A DNA stretch of 64,000 nt from Dromaius novaehollandiae (taxonomy: Eukaryota), in the NCBI RefSeq assembly GCF_036370855.1, contig NC_088098.1, positions 200,055,336 through 200,119,335 on the forward strand, given 5' to 3'. The notes under the pieces are model-generated. The model saw only the letters and a program-made list of their open reading frames with translations. It was not told the origin of the DNA and searched no databases. This document shows, one piece after another, positions 1 through 12,379 of the stretch. Every line of letters begins with the position of its first letter. Position 1 is the first letter of the stretch. Position numbers and translations under genes: made by a program.

Positions 1-324
1 TTGAGTTTGATGATGAAAGAACATGGAGTGATCTTGATGAAAATTATGTTCAGAATGATTTACCTGAAAAAAATACAACTAAGATGCCCCCACAGACAGA
101 ATTTTCCTGTAAAAATGATATCTTTGTCCCAGATAAAACAATAAAGAGAAAAGTTGCCTCAAAGAGAGGAGATGAACTGTCTAAACAGCCTGCAGTGGAT
201 GGTGATTCAAAGGGACCTACATCAAACCTGATGATGAAACTGTTTCCTTCACTGAAACCGAAACAGAAGACAGGCTGTCATTCAGAGCATGAAATCAAAT
301 CAAATGTGGAACAGGAACCAGGAG
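1..324 (+). CDS. CENPJ: CENPJ large internal exon (3' part, partial at window start). Frame opens at nt 3: 'EFDDERTWSDLDEN...KTGCHSEHEIKSNVEQEPG', donor CCAGGAG|GTGAGG
   Basis: Open frame from the window edge. The phase-1 donor at 324 joins the next exon to give '...EPGG|[12 protein letters not shown]', matching the CENPJ region before the coiled coil. Confidence 0.8.
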
Positions 325-1804
325 GTGAGGAAACGGTAACTGGTAGGAAATATTGAAGAGGAAATGTATTAAAAGTCTTTCCTTCTAAGATGTAAGATAC
401 AAACTGACATTACACCAAAGGGTGTAAGCATGGACTTATGCTGGAGGGAATGGCTGCTGCCTTATCCTTCATCTCCTCTCCCAGTTGCATGTCTGCTGTT
501 TCTCCCTGTCTTAGATCTAGCAATTGTGCAGTTTGCAGGATGAGTAAGATCAATGAACATTTATTTATAAATAATGTTAGCTTCTTTCTGAAGGCTAGTC
601 TTCTGTCAGACCAGCACATTGTACTAATTTAATCTGAAGCTGCTTGATCATTGGTTCCAAATCAAGGGAAGTAACAAAGGGATGTATAAGATGAAGCAGG
701 ACCTCCTTTTTCAGTGGTAGAATGCATTTACACAACAGTAGGGTAATGCCATGCACCGTTAGCTTAGTTTGTTCCCGTTATAACATAGGAGTACGTGGCA
801 GCCCTTTCTCTGTTTTCAGCTAACAGTACAATACAGAACTCACAATGAATATGGGAAATGTATATTCATTTTCCTGCTCTGCCCAAGCTGATGTCAACTG
901 TTCTAAGTATAACGTTATAGTCTGGGGAAGGACTGCCTGTGAAACCTCCTGTTGAAGCTGTTGCAGCTGCGAGATTGTTAAAAATGTAGTTGTTCAATGG
1001 GAGCCTGACAGCATAGCCTAGTGTTTAAATCCTTCCTCTGGGAGGTAGTGAAATCCTGATTTCAAGCTTTGCTCCAAAGAATATTATGGATTTTTTATTT
1101 CTTTTTTTATGAAAACTTCATATGAATACTGCTGCTTTCTATCCTGTTTGTATTTTGTGGAGAGCTGATTTTGCAGGGTTGTCTAAAGATGCCTACTCGA
1201 TCTTGTTTGCAGGGAATAAGAGGGGTGGGTATTTACTGAATCTCAGTAATTTAAGGGTGAATGTGGCAACTAGCTATGGTCTGCCATCAAGAGTTAGGCA
1301 CCTCTCTTGCCTACCTAGAAGCAGACCATTAAAATTCTCGGAAAGTTAAGTAGTGACTGAAGAGGAAACTGAGATGGCAAAGAAGCCGGCAAATTCTCTT
1401 ATGGGTCTCTGCAGTATATTTCATTTCAGTGATGCATGTGAGCAGATTTTGTTGGGAATAAAACTTGGTAAAGCTTATGACCATGATCTCTCTTGTTCGA
1501 TTCTTGGTTGTAACTCTGTCCTTATCGTACTTTCACATAATTGCTCTAGCTTGACATGAAAACCTGCTTCAAATTTCAATTTCTAATGTACATTTAGATT
1601 TATGAAGATAATGGATACATGCTTGCTATTCAAGGTGCTAAGTTCAAGTGCACTTTCTCTATCATTTTAATATTAGATTTTGTTTTTGCAATAATATTAC
1701 TATCTTTGAAATAGTATAATTTGATTTTACTAATGTGGAATAGTTGCTTACTTGAATCTTTATATAAATACTGTTTAGATAACTTGGATCTTGTTCTTTG
1801 CTAG

Positions 1805-1937
1805 GAAATACTGTTCCATCCCAAATATTGAAAGAGAAACTCACTGAATTGGAAACTGAAATTGAGAGATTCAGAGCTGAAAACACAACTCTAACTAAAC
1901 TCCGTGAAGAAAGAGAGCATGCCTTGGCAAATCTCAG
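1805..1937 (+). CDS. CENPJ: CENPJ exon: '(G)[43 protein letters not shown](R)'
   Basis: Acceptor ttctttgctag|, donor CTCAG|GTAATT. Phase-consistent with both flanking exons. Recognisable CENPJ coiled-coil motif 'PSQIL.EK..ELE.EIERF.AEN'. Confidence 0.85.
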
Positions 1938-2824
1938 GTAATTTTTAATTGAAAATATTTTTGTGTATTCACTTAGATAGTATGTTCCAGACTGTCATAT
2001 TCTGTTCCTACCTAGATAGTATTACAGTAACACAGATATCTAATTGATGTGTTTCAATAACAGTGGAGACATAGGTGAAGCAACTGGTGGTTGCTCTGTA
2101 TATATGTTAAACTGTAATTATTACTCATATATGAAGTGCTAATCTAGGAATAATATTAAGAACCCCTCTTGGTTTAATGTGATGTTCTTCAAGGTTTTAT
2201 GTGACAGTGTTTTATTCTGTAGTCTTTTATTCTGAATGATAAAATATTCTTAAATTGGTTTTGCAAAGCTAACGTTCACGCTAACGTGATTGATGCTCTT
2301 CTTTTGGATTGGATGTTTGTGTGCACAGACTGGGAATGTTTTGATTTGAACTGGGTGATTTACAAATGACAAATAGAGCAGAGTAATTATCTCTGGTGAC
2401 TTACATGCGGCACATCCTTTTCTATAACCTAAAGTTACTTTCATTTTGTTTTGGAAATAGTATCATGTTGTTGGCTAATGTTTGTGACCTGCTGTTGTTA
2501 GCAGATTTTTTTCACAATACATTTTTGGGTAAGATATTCTGCTGTTTTAAGGAACACTGGCAGATGCTAGCCAGAGATTTGCTAAATTCAGGATAACTTT
2601 TGTGAGTAGAAGATATGAAGACAGGCATTGTTGGACTGTGGCCGTGTCACAGTTCTTATTTCTTAAAAAGTAGTACTGTTTTTAGTATAGTCTCCCTGGA
2701 GGTAAAAGATCCTAGATTTAAATCAATTTCCACCAAATTTGGGTCTTAAGTGTCTTGATTTTCCCACTTCAAACCCAGATGTAAGGTAGATTGGGGCTAA
2801 AACAGAAGGATTTTATAATTATAG

Positions 2825-2990
2825 GAAAGAAATTGCAGACTTTCAACAGCAGAAAGCTCAAGAACTGGCTGAAATAGAAGAATATAAAAAGAAAGAAATG
2901 AAAAAACTGCAAAAAGAGCGTAAAGTTTTTGAAAAATATACTACAGAAGCTAGAGCAATTCCAGATAAAAAAGAGCGTGATGAAATTCAG
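2825..2990 (+). CDS. CENPJ: CENPJ exon: '[56 protein letters not shown]'
   Basis: Acceptor tataattatag|, donor ATTCAG|GTATGA. Close match to the human CENPJ segment '[43 protein letters not shown]'. Confidence 0.9.
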
Positions 2991-3158
2991 GTATGAAAAT
3001 ATTAATTCTTATTCTTCTAGTCTATGTGGGGAAAAACCTAAATCCATTTAAAGGAGGCAGAGAACTAAATTCTAACTGAATTTGGAAGATTGCAAGTGAT
3101 TTCAAGTTAGGAATTTTATCATGTCATGTTTGAGGGCTTTAAGGCAAAAAAAACTTTT

Positions 3159-3182
3159 TTTTTTTTTTTTTTTTTTAATCCT
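3159..3182. repeat. (A)8(T)~24 homopolymer in a CENPJ intron
   Basis: Direct reading. Confidence 0.9.
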
Positions 3183-4012
3183 GCTTCCATACTATGAAGT
3201 GCCCATAGCACATATGCTGCTATAGAAACTATAGCAGAATAGTCTGAACTCTGACAGAAAATTACACGAGTTAATATTAGGTTGCAAGTTTTTACTCATG
3301 GTAGTGGATCAAAATGCAAAATAAAACTTCATTCAAGTGTGCTCCTGTCTATGACTTTTCCATAGTGCAAACAGTTACCTTCTACAATTTGCAGTTACGG
3401 TTTGTGATTACTTGTTTGTCTTTAAATCTCAGAGATATAAGAAACAAGATCTGTTTGTCTCATGATGTCAGGATGTGTAGTAATTGAGATGTACAGACAA
3501 GTTGTATTAAATATCATGTGGATTTCCCCTTTCCCCATACAATTACTTGTTGAATTTCCTAACTTGCTTTGATCTGTTCAAGTAATATCACTTGCTAAAC
3601 GATCTGGCTAGACAGATTCATGTGTGTTTTATGTGACTGTGCCCTCCCTATTCTCCCATGCCAAGATTTTTGAAGGATCTTCTCTAGGTAATGTTAAAGA
3701 GTTAACATTTCTGACTCCCGCGTATTTGTGCTGGCCAGTCTCTGAAGTGCAAAGGATGCTGGGAAGGCCATAAGGCACTTCCTGTGATTGAAGTTGAGAT
3801 TATTAAGTTGTTAGTTTAAAGTAAGTAGTATCTCTTTTGGGGAAGAAAATTTCTCCTACCTTTCACCCTCTACCATTAAGCAGACCTTACCTGTTCTTTG
3901 TCACTGTCTCTTGGGCTTCTTTTTTGTGCTTGTAAATTTTTATTAGAACATTAACATCTTTTAGTATATTAAAAAATACACCTTTTTAAATTTCAAATGT
4001 GCACTTTCGAAG

Positions 4013-4249
4013 TCTTTAAAACAGCAGATTGCAGAGTTACAGGAAGATATAAAACGAAAAGAGACGAAATGGTTAACCACTCAGCGACGTCTTAGAGATC
4101 AAATAGAAGCTTTACTAAATGAGAATTTGGAGCTAAAAGAAGAAGTCAGAGTTATGGAGAGGTTTCGTCTAGAAGCCTGGAAACAAGCTGAAGCTGCTGG
4201 GAACAAGAGGAAAATTGAAAATTTTGGGATAAAAAGAGCGGAGTCTGTA
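4013..4249 (+). CDS. CENPJ: CENPJ exon: 'SLKQQIAELQEDIKRKETKWLTTQRRLRDQIEALLNENLELKEEVRVMERFRLEAWKQAEAAGNKRKIENFGIKRAESV'. Alternative in-frame donor at 4267.
   Basis: Acceptor cgaag|TCT. Consensus donor GTA|GTAAGT at 4250. A second in-frame donor CAG|GTATTT at 4268 would add 'VSYSSQ'. Matches human '[20 protein letters not shown]...VMERFRLDAWKRAEA'. Confidence 0.8.
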
Positions 4250-4885
4250 GTAAGTTATTCATCTCAGGTATTTTAAATTGGTCTGTGTGAATACTGTGAG
4301 TTTTGGATCATAAGCTTGGAATCTAACAGACACAATGTAGATGTTTCCTTTAATTTAATAATCTTAGGGCTCTACTAGTGGTGACAGACACAGAATTTTG
4401 TTTATGTCCGATTCTGTCCAAATGTAAACGTTTGCTATATGCAGCTTCCATTCCCTTTAGGAACTTACCTACTTAAAAATTCAAAATGATGCAATTATAT
4501 GAGAAAAATGAATGGATGGGATCTAACCTCAGAACCTTTGCATCCTAAGGATGATCCAGGCAAGCCAGCCAGTTCACCACTGTTTGGTTTCAAAACTAAA
4601 TGCAATTGCTGTAACTATTACTCTGGATTACTTGTGCCAAATTAATATTCTGTAGTTGTTGGTAGTAAGGCAGAAAACAGGAAGAATTCCAAAATATACC
4701 TTGGGCTACGTTATACAAGCCCTGTGGCTGACTAAACCTCAAAAATGTATAGTTTGTGTAGAAAGCTTCCAGTAAATTTCCTATCAGATGGTATATCTTG
4801 TTAAGTTTTATTGCAAGTGTATGAACAGTTGGTTATGAACAAACATCACGTAAGCCACAACTAACTCTTATTAACTTCCTTTCAG

Positions 4886-4985
4886 CGTCTGCCCAATAGA
4901 GGCCAGAAAAGTCAAACTCTGTCTCCACTTCTTCCAGCACAAAAGTGCAGCAAGATAAGTGGCAAAAGTTATTCACAGGCAAAAG
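4886..4985 (+). CDS. CENPJ: CENPJ exon: 'RLPNRGQKSQTLSPLLPAQKCSKISGKSYSQAK(G)'
   Basis: Acceptor cctttcag|, donor AAAAG|GTATAA. Phase 0 in, phase 1 out, consistent with the next exon. Confidence 0.75.
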
Positions 4986-6001
4986 GTATAAATGTTTGTT
5001 TAATCACAGAATTCTGTTAACCCTTTTGAAGAAGGTAACTGGGGATTTTTGTTTGTGTTAAATAGAGTGCATCACCAACTAAAAAGTAGACTGAGAACAG
5101 CTGAAATGGATTTAAGTGTATGGATACTTTCCAGGGTAGGATTATGGAGAAAGCTGTGATGATGCCATTCTTAGAGTGCAAGGGCTTCTGATCACGTTGG
5201 TGGTCTGGGGCATACCAGAAGCTGTGTTCTGTAATCTAAAACAGCATTGATCTCTGACGTTCTCCCAGCAGTGGGCGACGATCAGATGACTATGTTGATA
5301 GCATCAGCACTATTGCCTCTCTCCAGAGCCTTCCACTAACAGCATCTGTAAGCGTATGGGCAGTGCCACAGCAGTGGACAGTACTGCTGTTCTTTGGTTT
5401 CCTTCTTTTCATAGTTATGAACCAATGCTGTTGGCAGCTGTATCTGTTCATAATGAATAATGAAATATGGAGTAATCAAATAACCTCTCCTGTTAGGGTG
5501 CTAAAGATAAACAACCGTTATGTCCTCTGTTAGAGGAGTGCACTCCAGAACTGAAGCCCTTGGTGGTTTTATTTTGGCAATCTTTCTGGCATGCTGGGAG
5601 ACACATGGGAAAAATCTGCCAGTCGGTTCCTGTTAAAAGATTACATTAGTCTTGCTTTATTCACTGTAAAGTATAACTAATAAAAACACTGTTATCTAGA
5701 TTGTTAGGAAAAAAACTCCTTTGTAAATCTATCTAAATAAAACAATAGAGAAGGTGCAAGTATTATGATTGTTGCAATGCTTCTTCAGTTGTAGTTTCTT
5801 GCTGATATACAAAGCAGTAATATACCCAAGGGAGTTGGCTTACGCTGATTCTTGTTATAAACATACTGCTTTCAGTTTCTATTGCATATAAGAAATGTAG
5901 GTATTCTGTACAGCTTGACCTCATGTATATTTATCATAATTTTTGCACTTAAATTGTAGCTTTTTTTCCTGTATAAATTAACCTTATTACATGTATCTTA
6001 G

Positions 6002-6108
6002 CAGGAAGACTTTCTAGAATACCTAAGTCAGCACCTGCTGATGATGATAGAAACATCTCAGATGAAACAGTGATGGCACTAGAAGATGCTTCTAGGACTT
6101 TTATGGAA
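6002..6108 (+). CDS. CENPJ: CENPJ exon: '(A)GRLSRIPKSAPADDDRNISDETVMALEDASRTFME'
   Basis: Acceptor tgtatcttag|, donor GAA|GTAAGT. Phase-consistent. Similar to human '...RRSKSAPPRD...'. Confidence 0.75.
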
Positions 6109-6382
6109 GTAAGTCCTGTATCTTGATTTGATTTTAAAGGAAAAAAAATAAAACAGTAGTACAGTCATTTGTACTTATCTGGAGGGTGACTTATGAAGCT
6201 GTTGATTCAAGCTTCTTATATAAACAGCAGTGTCATTATCAAACCAGAAAATGATTAGGCAGTAATCGATACAGAATGTTTTACTTGTGTCTAGTATTCG
6301 CAACCTCCTCTGGTTGAGGAAAGAAAGTAAAATGATGATAAACTGGCACCACCTTGAATTTTGAAAAATGTTTTTACTTTGG

Positions 6383-6396
6383 GGGGGGGGGGGGAA
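6383..6396. repeat. (G)14 homopolymer in a CENPJ intron
   Basis: Direct reading. Confidence 0.9.
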
Positions 6397-6782
6397 GTTA
6401 GATGTTTATATGCTCCATATAGGGGGAAGGAAAAAAAAAGCAAGATTCATTCTAACATTAATTGCTGTAGGTAGCATTTAACTTTATGAAACTTCATCAA
6501 TTGTTTCAAACCTTGATAAGGATGACTTTGGTCAGTTGGGCACCATGCTGAAATGCTGTAACAAATTCTATTTTAATCCAGAAAAAACTGACCACAGATG
6601 ACAAGTTATAGCTGAGCCTGAGTTTAATCTTATTTACATTATACTCTGAGTTGCATAAAACCTAATTTATGCCTTTCTAGGCTTCCTTCCTTCATATTCC
6701 TTGCTTCCTCTCAGCCCAGAAAAAGCTGCATAAAGACAAGGCTTGATTTCAGTTTCTGCTTAGATTACCATTGTCATTTCAG

Positions 6783-6881
6783 GACATCTCTCCTAATGAA
6801 ACGCTTGTTTCAATACCATCTGTACCTGCATATACAGGCAGTAAAGAGATACAGAAAGAAATTGCCTATCCTGATGGAAAG
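6783..6881 (+). CDS. CENPJ: CENPJ exon: 'DISPNETLVSIPSVPAYTGSKEIQKEIAYPDGK'
   Basis: Acceptor tgtcatttcag|, donor GGAAAG|GTAAAA. Start of the G-box ('YPDGK') region. Confidence 0.8.
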
Positions 6882-6988
6882 GTAAAATGAGAGCTTGGTA
6901 CTCTGAAACTCTACGGGACAGCTGTTGTGAAAGCTTCATGGGTATGTGAATCTGATCATAAACATTGGCTTTGTAACCAATTCTTTAG

Positions 6989-7129
6989 GTTGAAAAGGTT
7001 TTAAAAAATGGCTGTCACCTCATATTTTTCCCCAATGGGACATGGAAAAAAGTGAGTTCTGATGGGAGGACCGTAACTATAACCTTCTTTAATGGAGATG
7101 TGAAGCAGGTTATGCCTGATCAAACAGTG
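6989..7129 (+). CDS. CENPJ: CENPJ G-box exon: '[47 protein letters not shown]'
   Basis: Acceptor aattctttag|, donor CAGTG|GTATGT. Near-identical to human '[47 protein letters not shown]'. Confidence 0.92.
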
Positions 7130-7251
7130 GTATGTATGCTAATCTTTTGTGTTTCTCTATAAATATGTATTTGTGTGCATGAGCGTGTGCGTGTGCACAC
7201 ACACACACAAAATTTGTGGCCAGAAATATTAATATGCACCATTTTCTGCAG

Positions 7252-7336
7252 ATCTATTATTATGCTGATGCTAAGACGACACATACTACGTACTCTGATG
7301 GCTTAGAGGTCTTGCAGTTTTCAAATGGGCAAATAG
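7252..7336 (+). CDS. CENPJ: CENPJ G-box exon: '[28 protein letters not shown](E)'
   Basis: Acceptor ttttctgcag|, donor ATAG|GTAAAG. Matches human '[29 protein letters not shown]'. Confidence 0.92.
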
Positions 7337-7432
7337 GTAAAGAAACCATCAAACTAACCAACCCACAAAACTGTTGCCTATATAGATACTTGTTTATGTA
7401 TATGATAAGCTTATTGTGTCAAAATATTTCAG

Positions 7433-7553
7433 AAAAGCATTATCCTGATGGCAGGAAAGAGATTACTTTCCCTGATCAAACTATCAAAAACTTGTTTCTG
7501 GATGGACAAGAAGAAAGTATCTTTCCAGATGGCACTATTGTTCGTGTTCAGCG
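7433..7553 (+). CDS. CENPJ: CENPJ G-box exon: '(E)[39 protein letters not shown](R)'
   Basis: Acceptor aatatttcag|, donor CAGCG|GTAAGC. Matches human '[40 protein letters not shown]'. Confidence 0.92.
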
Positions 7554-8165
7554 GTAAGCTTTGCCTTAAAATGTATTACGGACTGTTGGTTGATGAGAAA
7601 GTAGTAGTTTTTTAGCTACTTTTAATAGATGCAGTATATAGTGGTATTTCTATCTACTTCTAAAACTTTACATTTAAATGTACTGTACTGTGAACATGTA
7701 TTTGCTCTTGGTATTTTAAGTTTTCCTTTTTTGTAGCTTGCAGAAGATGGAAAAGACTGAATGTCTATGCATGTTTTTTTCATGCTTTAATCTGAAAGAT
7801 TTTCCTGACTTGTGCACAATTCCAGAGAACACTTAAGAGTAGTCTGGGTGCCTCAAGCAGGTCTAACTTCAAAACACTGAGTTTTAAATTTTCCCTGGAC
7901 TGTTGCAGCATTGGCTTTAGTGCAGAAAAAAAATGATGTAGATACTTGAAATCTAAAGAAGTCATGCTGCTCAGAAACATGATTTTGCATACCAACTAGC
8001 TGGGATGATATTTAACAAAACAGACTTTCCCCAAGTACTACATTTTTGAAACTTTTCCTTCATTTAGGCTTGTGTATTTAATATTTGTCCTGAGAGTAAA
8101 TGTCTGTATATGACTTAAATGGTAACTAATACACTTTTATTAATTTCTTTAATCATTTAATGCAG

Positions 8166-8358
8166 AGATGGAAGCAAAACTATAGAGTTTAATAATGGCC
8201 AGAGAGAACTGCACACATCACAGTTCAAGAGACGGGAATATCCAGATGGTACTGTGAAGACTGTGTATATGAATGGACACCAGGAAACAAAGTATGTCTC
8301 TGGGAGAGTAAGAGTAAAGGACAAGGATGGCAATATCATCATGGACACTAAGTTGTAG
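8166..8358 (+). CDS. CENPJ: CENPJ terminal coding exon: '(R)[63 protein letters not shown]'. Stop TAG at 8356-8358.
   Basis: Acceptor tcatttaatgcag|. Matches the human CENPJ C-terminus '[63 protein letters not shown]'. Confidence 0.93.
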
Positions 8359-8468
8359 TTGGTGCAGAAACTAGTGGAAGCATTACCAGCAAAAATAATG
8401 TAAAATTCTGTAAACAAAAACTCTCTTTAAGCTGAAAGTTGTGTATATGTTGTTTATAGTTTTCCTGA

Positions 8469-8480
8469 AATAAATTTATT
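8469..8480. promoter_or_regulatory. Palindromic poly(A) signal pair AATAAATTTATT. AATAAA on + at 8469-8474 for CENPJ, and AATAAA on - at 8480-8475.
   Basis: The hexamer lies about 110 nt downstream of the CENPJ stop. The reverse-complement hexamer abuts it, which matters because RNF17 converges from the right. Confidence 0.55.
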
Positions 8481-11400
8481 TTTCAGTGGGTGTTACTGTA
8501 TCAGTGTTTTTCTTATATAAATTCTTAAGTCTTGTCTCCTCTTCTACTTACAGGAAGCAGTTTATCAATTCAACATGTAGTTTAGAGGGTGTTATTAACT
8601 CAACTGTTAGCAAAAATTAATCAAACTTCTGTAGTTGTTATGTTAGAGTTCTAAGGGAAGACACACTTGAATCTAAACTAAAAGGTTGTGTTTCTGGAAC
8701 TCCCACAAGCTGTAGTGAAATACTGTAGAAGGCTGGAATTACAGAATTATGCTGATAACATAATGGAATTATGACTGATACTTAGGTATCAGTCTTTCTT
8801 ACTGCTTGACTGAAAAGAATAAATGAAGGTCAGTATTTGCTCTTAGTCAGCCATAGGTTATTCTTTTTCTTCCTTCATTAGCTTATTTGCTTTTCATCCA
8901 ATAATTAGGGAACAGCAGCAGGAGATCCCATAGTTCTATAACTGTTCAACTTTATTCTTAAGGCTAGGACAGACTGGGACTTTGGGATAGCTCACTTTCC
9001 TAGGCACTCATGAAAAAGTAGAGGGAAACATCTGAAGTCAACAAGGGTCATTTCATCCTATTTCTCTGCCTGACATAGCTTATAAGCTGATTTGTCTTTA
9101 AGAATTCCCTAGAGTCCATGGACAAGCTGTCATTACTGTTAGTGGTTGCTGCATTGCAGCAGATGCTGAAAAGTTTGCTTCATTCCTTACCCTTTGCTTA
9201 GTAGATGACTTTCACCTTCTTTGGCCCCAGGCTCCCTCTTTCTCCCTATGGAAAGCAACGCTCTGTAGTTACGGCCTGTGTCTTTTCTTACTCAAGGGGT
9301 AAAACAACTTGCAGTAGTGGAAGTATGTTCACTCAATTATTCCTAAATAGAAGCTGCTTGGTTGACTGTGTGCTTTCTGGCAGTCTTCAAGAGATCAGAA
9401 TTACCCAAGAGCTGCCTTTTATGTCCCTTATCAATTTTTTAATAAAAATAAGGTGACAAACATCAGTTTCCTAAGATGCCACACAACAGCTCTATGGCGT
9501 ATTAGACATGGGCTATGCCATTGCTATCTACATCACTTCTGAGATTATGTACTTAAAACTATGAAGTGTTCCTGCTACAAAATAGGCATGCTGTGAATTC
9601 CAGAGAGAAAAGTTTTCTGCTCTTGCTTTCATGTGATCTTGAGGGAAGGGACAAGCATAAGGGTGTAATTCAGTAATACAAGCTGGTCTGATGCAGCAGC
9701 CTAAAAGGGACAATCTTGCTATGCCCATACCTCAGTTCAGCTTGCTAGATTGGCAGAAGACTACAGGCAACCCCCCCGCCCCCAGCCAGGTTAGTTCCAG
9801 TTACTAACACAAGGGAAAAAGGGGGAGACATTAAATCATGTTCATTCAGCTCAGGAAATATTTGCTGTGATAGATAACATGCCTTTTTCCAGCCTTTACA
9901 AAGGCAAAAAGGGGAGACATTCTTCTGTCATAGGTCCTCTGACTGCAATGAAGTAGCAAAAGGGGTTCAAATGGTGAAAGGCTGTTAAAACATTTTTCCA
10001 CCCCTCCCTCTGCAAGAATGTACTCAAATGGCACTGCTATCATTTTGAAGATACTTCTAATAAATACTAAGATTTATATGAATGGAAGTGTTTCTGTGTA
10101 GAAGTACCTGAAGAAACAATATAGATAAAGGTTTAAAATAACAGCATGTATTGCTAATCAAGGAGAGGACTGACAGCAGGCACTAGTGAACAAAAAAGAT
10201 GTTGTCTGTATTGAGAGGAAACTTACACTGAAAATAGAAGGATGACATTAAGGTTCGATAGAGTGTATGTGCCATTCCCCGTTCCGCTATTCCAAACAGG
10301 AGGTCAGACTGTAGCCCTTAAAAATACCCAAACAAGGAAACACAAAGTGGACAGAAACCTTGCCCAAGATTTGTGGAGGATCAAGTAAGCAAGACTGAAG
10401 GAAAATACTCTTGTCGTAGTAATGCGGTTCCCAAGCAGGTATAAAAGACCTATCCAAAACCCAGCTTATTGTAATGAAGATTCATGCCTTGTCCTCTGTG
10501 TCGCAGGTGAGCAATTCTGGCCAACCCAGCTAGATACATGTATTTAGGAGCTTGTGAGGAAGTGGCAGTGAGTGCTAGGAAGATCTCTAAGAAAATGACC
10601 AAGTAGCTGAAACCAGTTTTGTTTAAAAGGAGTATCACCTTCCCCTTATATAAGACTAAGACCTGAATTCTACTATACTGATTTCCTGTACTTTTTTACT
10701 TGCTAATCTAGACAAAGTTCTCCAAGAGGAAACTGCAGAGATGGAGCTCCGCGTGTAAAAGATGTACTACACTAGTACAATAAAGGCATATCCGAAAAGC
10801 TTTACTGACTATAAACTAGTTTAAAAAAAGTAAAAAACTAGTTAACTAGTCAAAACAAAACAAAAAAACCCCACACTACCACCACCACCACAAAAGACAA
10901 GCCACTTTCAGAAACATGTTCAGCACTGTTTATTCTAACACCTTCCAAATGAACACTTCATCTCTGTGAGTGGGGAGGAAGTGCAAGGACACACAAAACA
11001 TTAATCTGAACATTAATGAAAACAGGAAACACAGCAGCAATACAAGTGCATTCGGTGGGCAGGGGTGGGGGGGGAGAGATAACAACCCTCCCCCCTGTTT
11101 TTTTTTCCTGATTAAGATGCCAGTACTGGAGAAGTTTGTCACCAAATATGCCTGAAACACAAACTAGAGTTACATCACAGTAGTAAGACTATCACCTTCC
11201 CTTAAAGTCTTCTAAAAGGATATAATTTAAACAAGTGTGCCCAGCATTAGCTCTTATATCTATTTCTTTATTATTCTACATTTATTCCATACACTCTTAC
11301 AAAAAGGATATCACAAGACAGTATTTAAGGCTCTAAGGTCAAAAATGATTGAAATGTAAATATACAGTTTTGCTATTTCAAGATTCGTAAGTATATAGAT

Positions 11401-12325
11401 TATTATCTACAAAAGTAGACTAGAAGAAAGCTTATTAAAGGGAAGGGAAAAGGACCACATAAAGTAGTACTGGGCAAAAAATATGAGAATCACATCATTA
11501 TCAGTCCTCAGTATTTTTTGCAGCCACCATATGCTCTGAAGCTTTCCATTAAATTTTTCCATGTTTGACTGAATGTATGGATATCAGTAAATTATCATGG
11601 TATCATGGATCTCAGCCTGAGAACTGCTGGCACAGAACATGGAGATCAAATGCTCATAATGAACAATCTGTTATGACTGCAGGTAGCATACACTGCCAAT
11701 CATCTGCAATTTATCTTCTTCAATTATTAGCAGCAAAAGCTTTTCCTGTTACATTGCCTGAACTCTGTTTCAGTCCCTGTTGGTTCTAAAAACTATACTG
11801 TGGGCTTCCGTAATTTGCAAGTAAAAAACAAGTTCTCTGCAGAGAGTAACAGCTTCTTGGAACAGTGGAAGTGTACACAGCAAGGATCATGGTTAAAAAG
11901 GTCTGATTAAAAAAATCTGATTAAAATATTTAATATTTATCCTTTAGTGTTTCCGCCCCCTTCTCCCCAACATTTAAACTCATTTTAAAAATCAGAAAGC
12001 TTACTTAAGTCTAAACAAAACAAAAAATAACCTACATCAGTAAAGAGTTCTGGTTGTGGTAAGTCTATATTACAGTGACAGTTTAGTCCTTTCCTTAAAA
12101 CTTTTAAAATAATGCCCTCCATAATGCTACGAATTTGTAGTTCTTATTCACTGTACTTACACATTACTCATCCAAATCTGCAAATCCCATTTCTATCAGT
12201 TTCATATGAACTAGGTTTTGATCATCTTCATACAAAGAAATGGTGACCTCTGGTGAAACAGCCTGAAAACCAGGAGTTGACACAGTTTTAAGCAGCATGA
12301 CAAAACCAGGTTCAAATCTCAAAAG

Positions 12326-12379
12326 CTAACCAGTAGTAAAATTCACTCTACCAGCTATAATTTCATCCCAAATGAAATT
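12326..12379 (-). CDS. RNF17: Probable RNF17 terminal coding exon: 'NFIWDEIIAGRVNFTTG*'. Stop TAG at 12328-12326, 3'UTR continues leftward.
   Basis: Phase-0 acceptor ttctttatgttcag|AAT matches the phase-0 donor at 12657. Short frame ends in TAG. The poly(A) site is not identified. Confidence 0.45.
   Translation of the reverse strand, partial: NFIWDEIIAGRVNFTTG

Noticed and set aside
7216-7557. 113-aa + ORF spanning two CENPJ exons
   Set aside because: It reads through the 96-nt in-frame intron 7337-7432. The real product is spliced. The in-frame intron is kept as a finding.
10930-11160. Overlapping +/- ORFs (GGQGWGGRDNNPPPCFFF...)
   Set aside because: They are low-complexity G-rich or poly-T translations in the RNF17 3' region. 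They have no splice-site support and show no codon-like bias.
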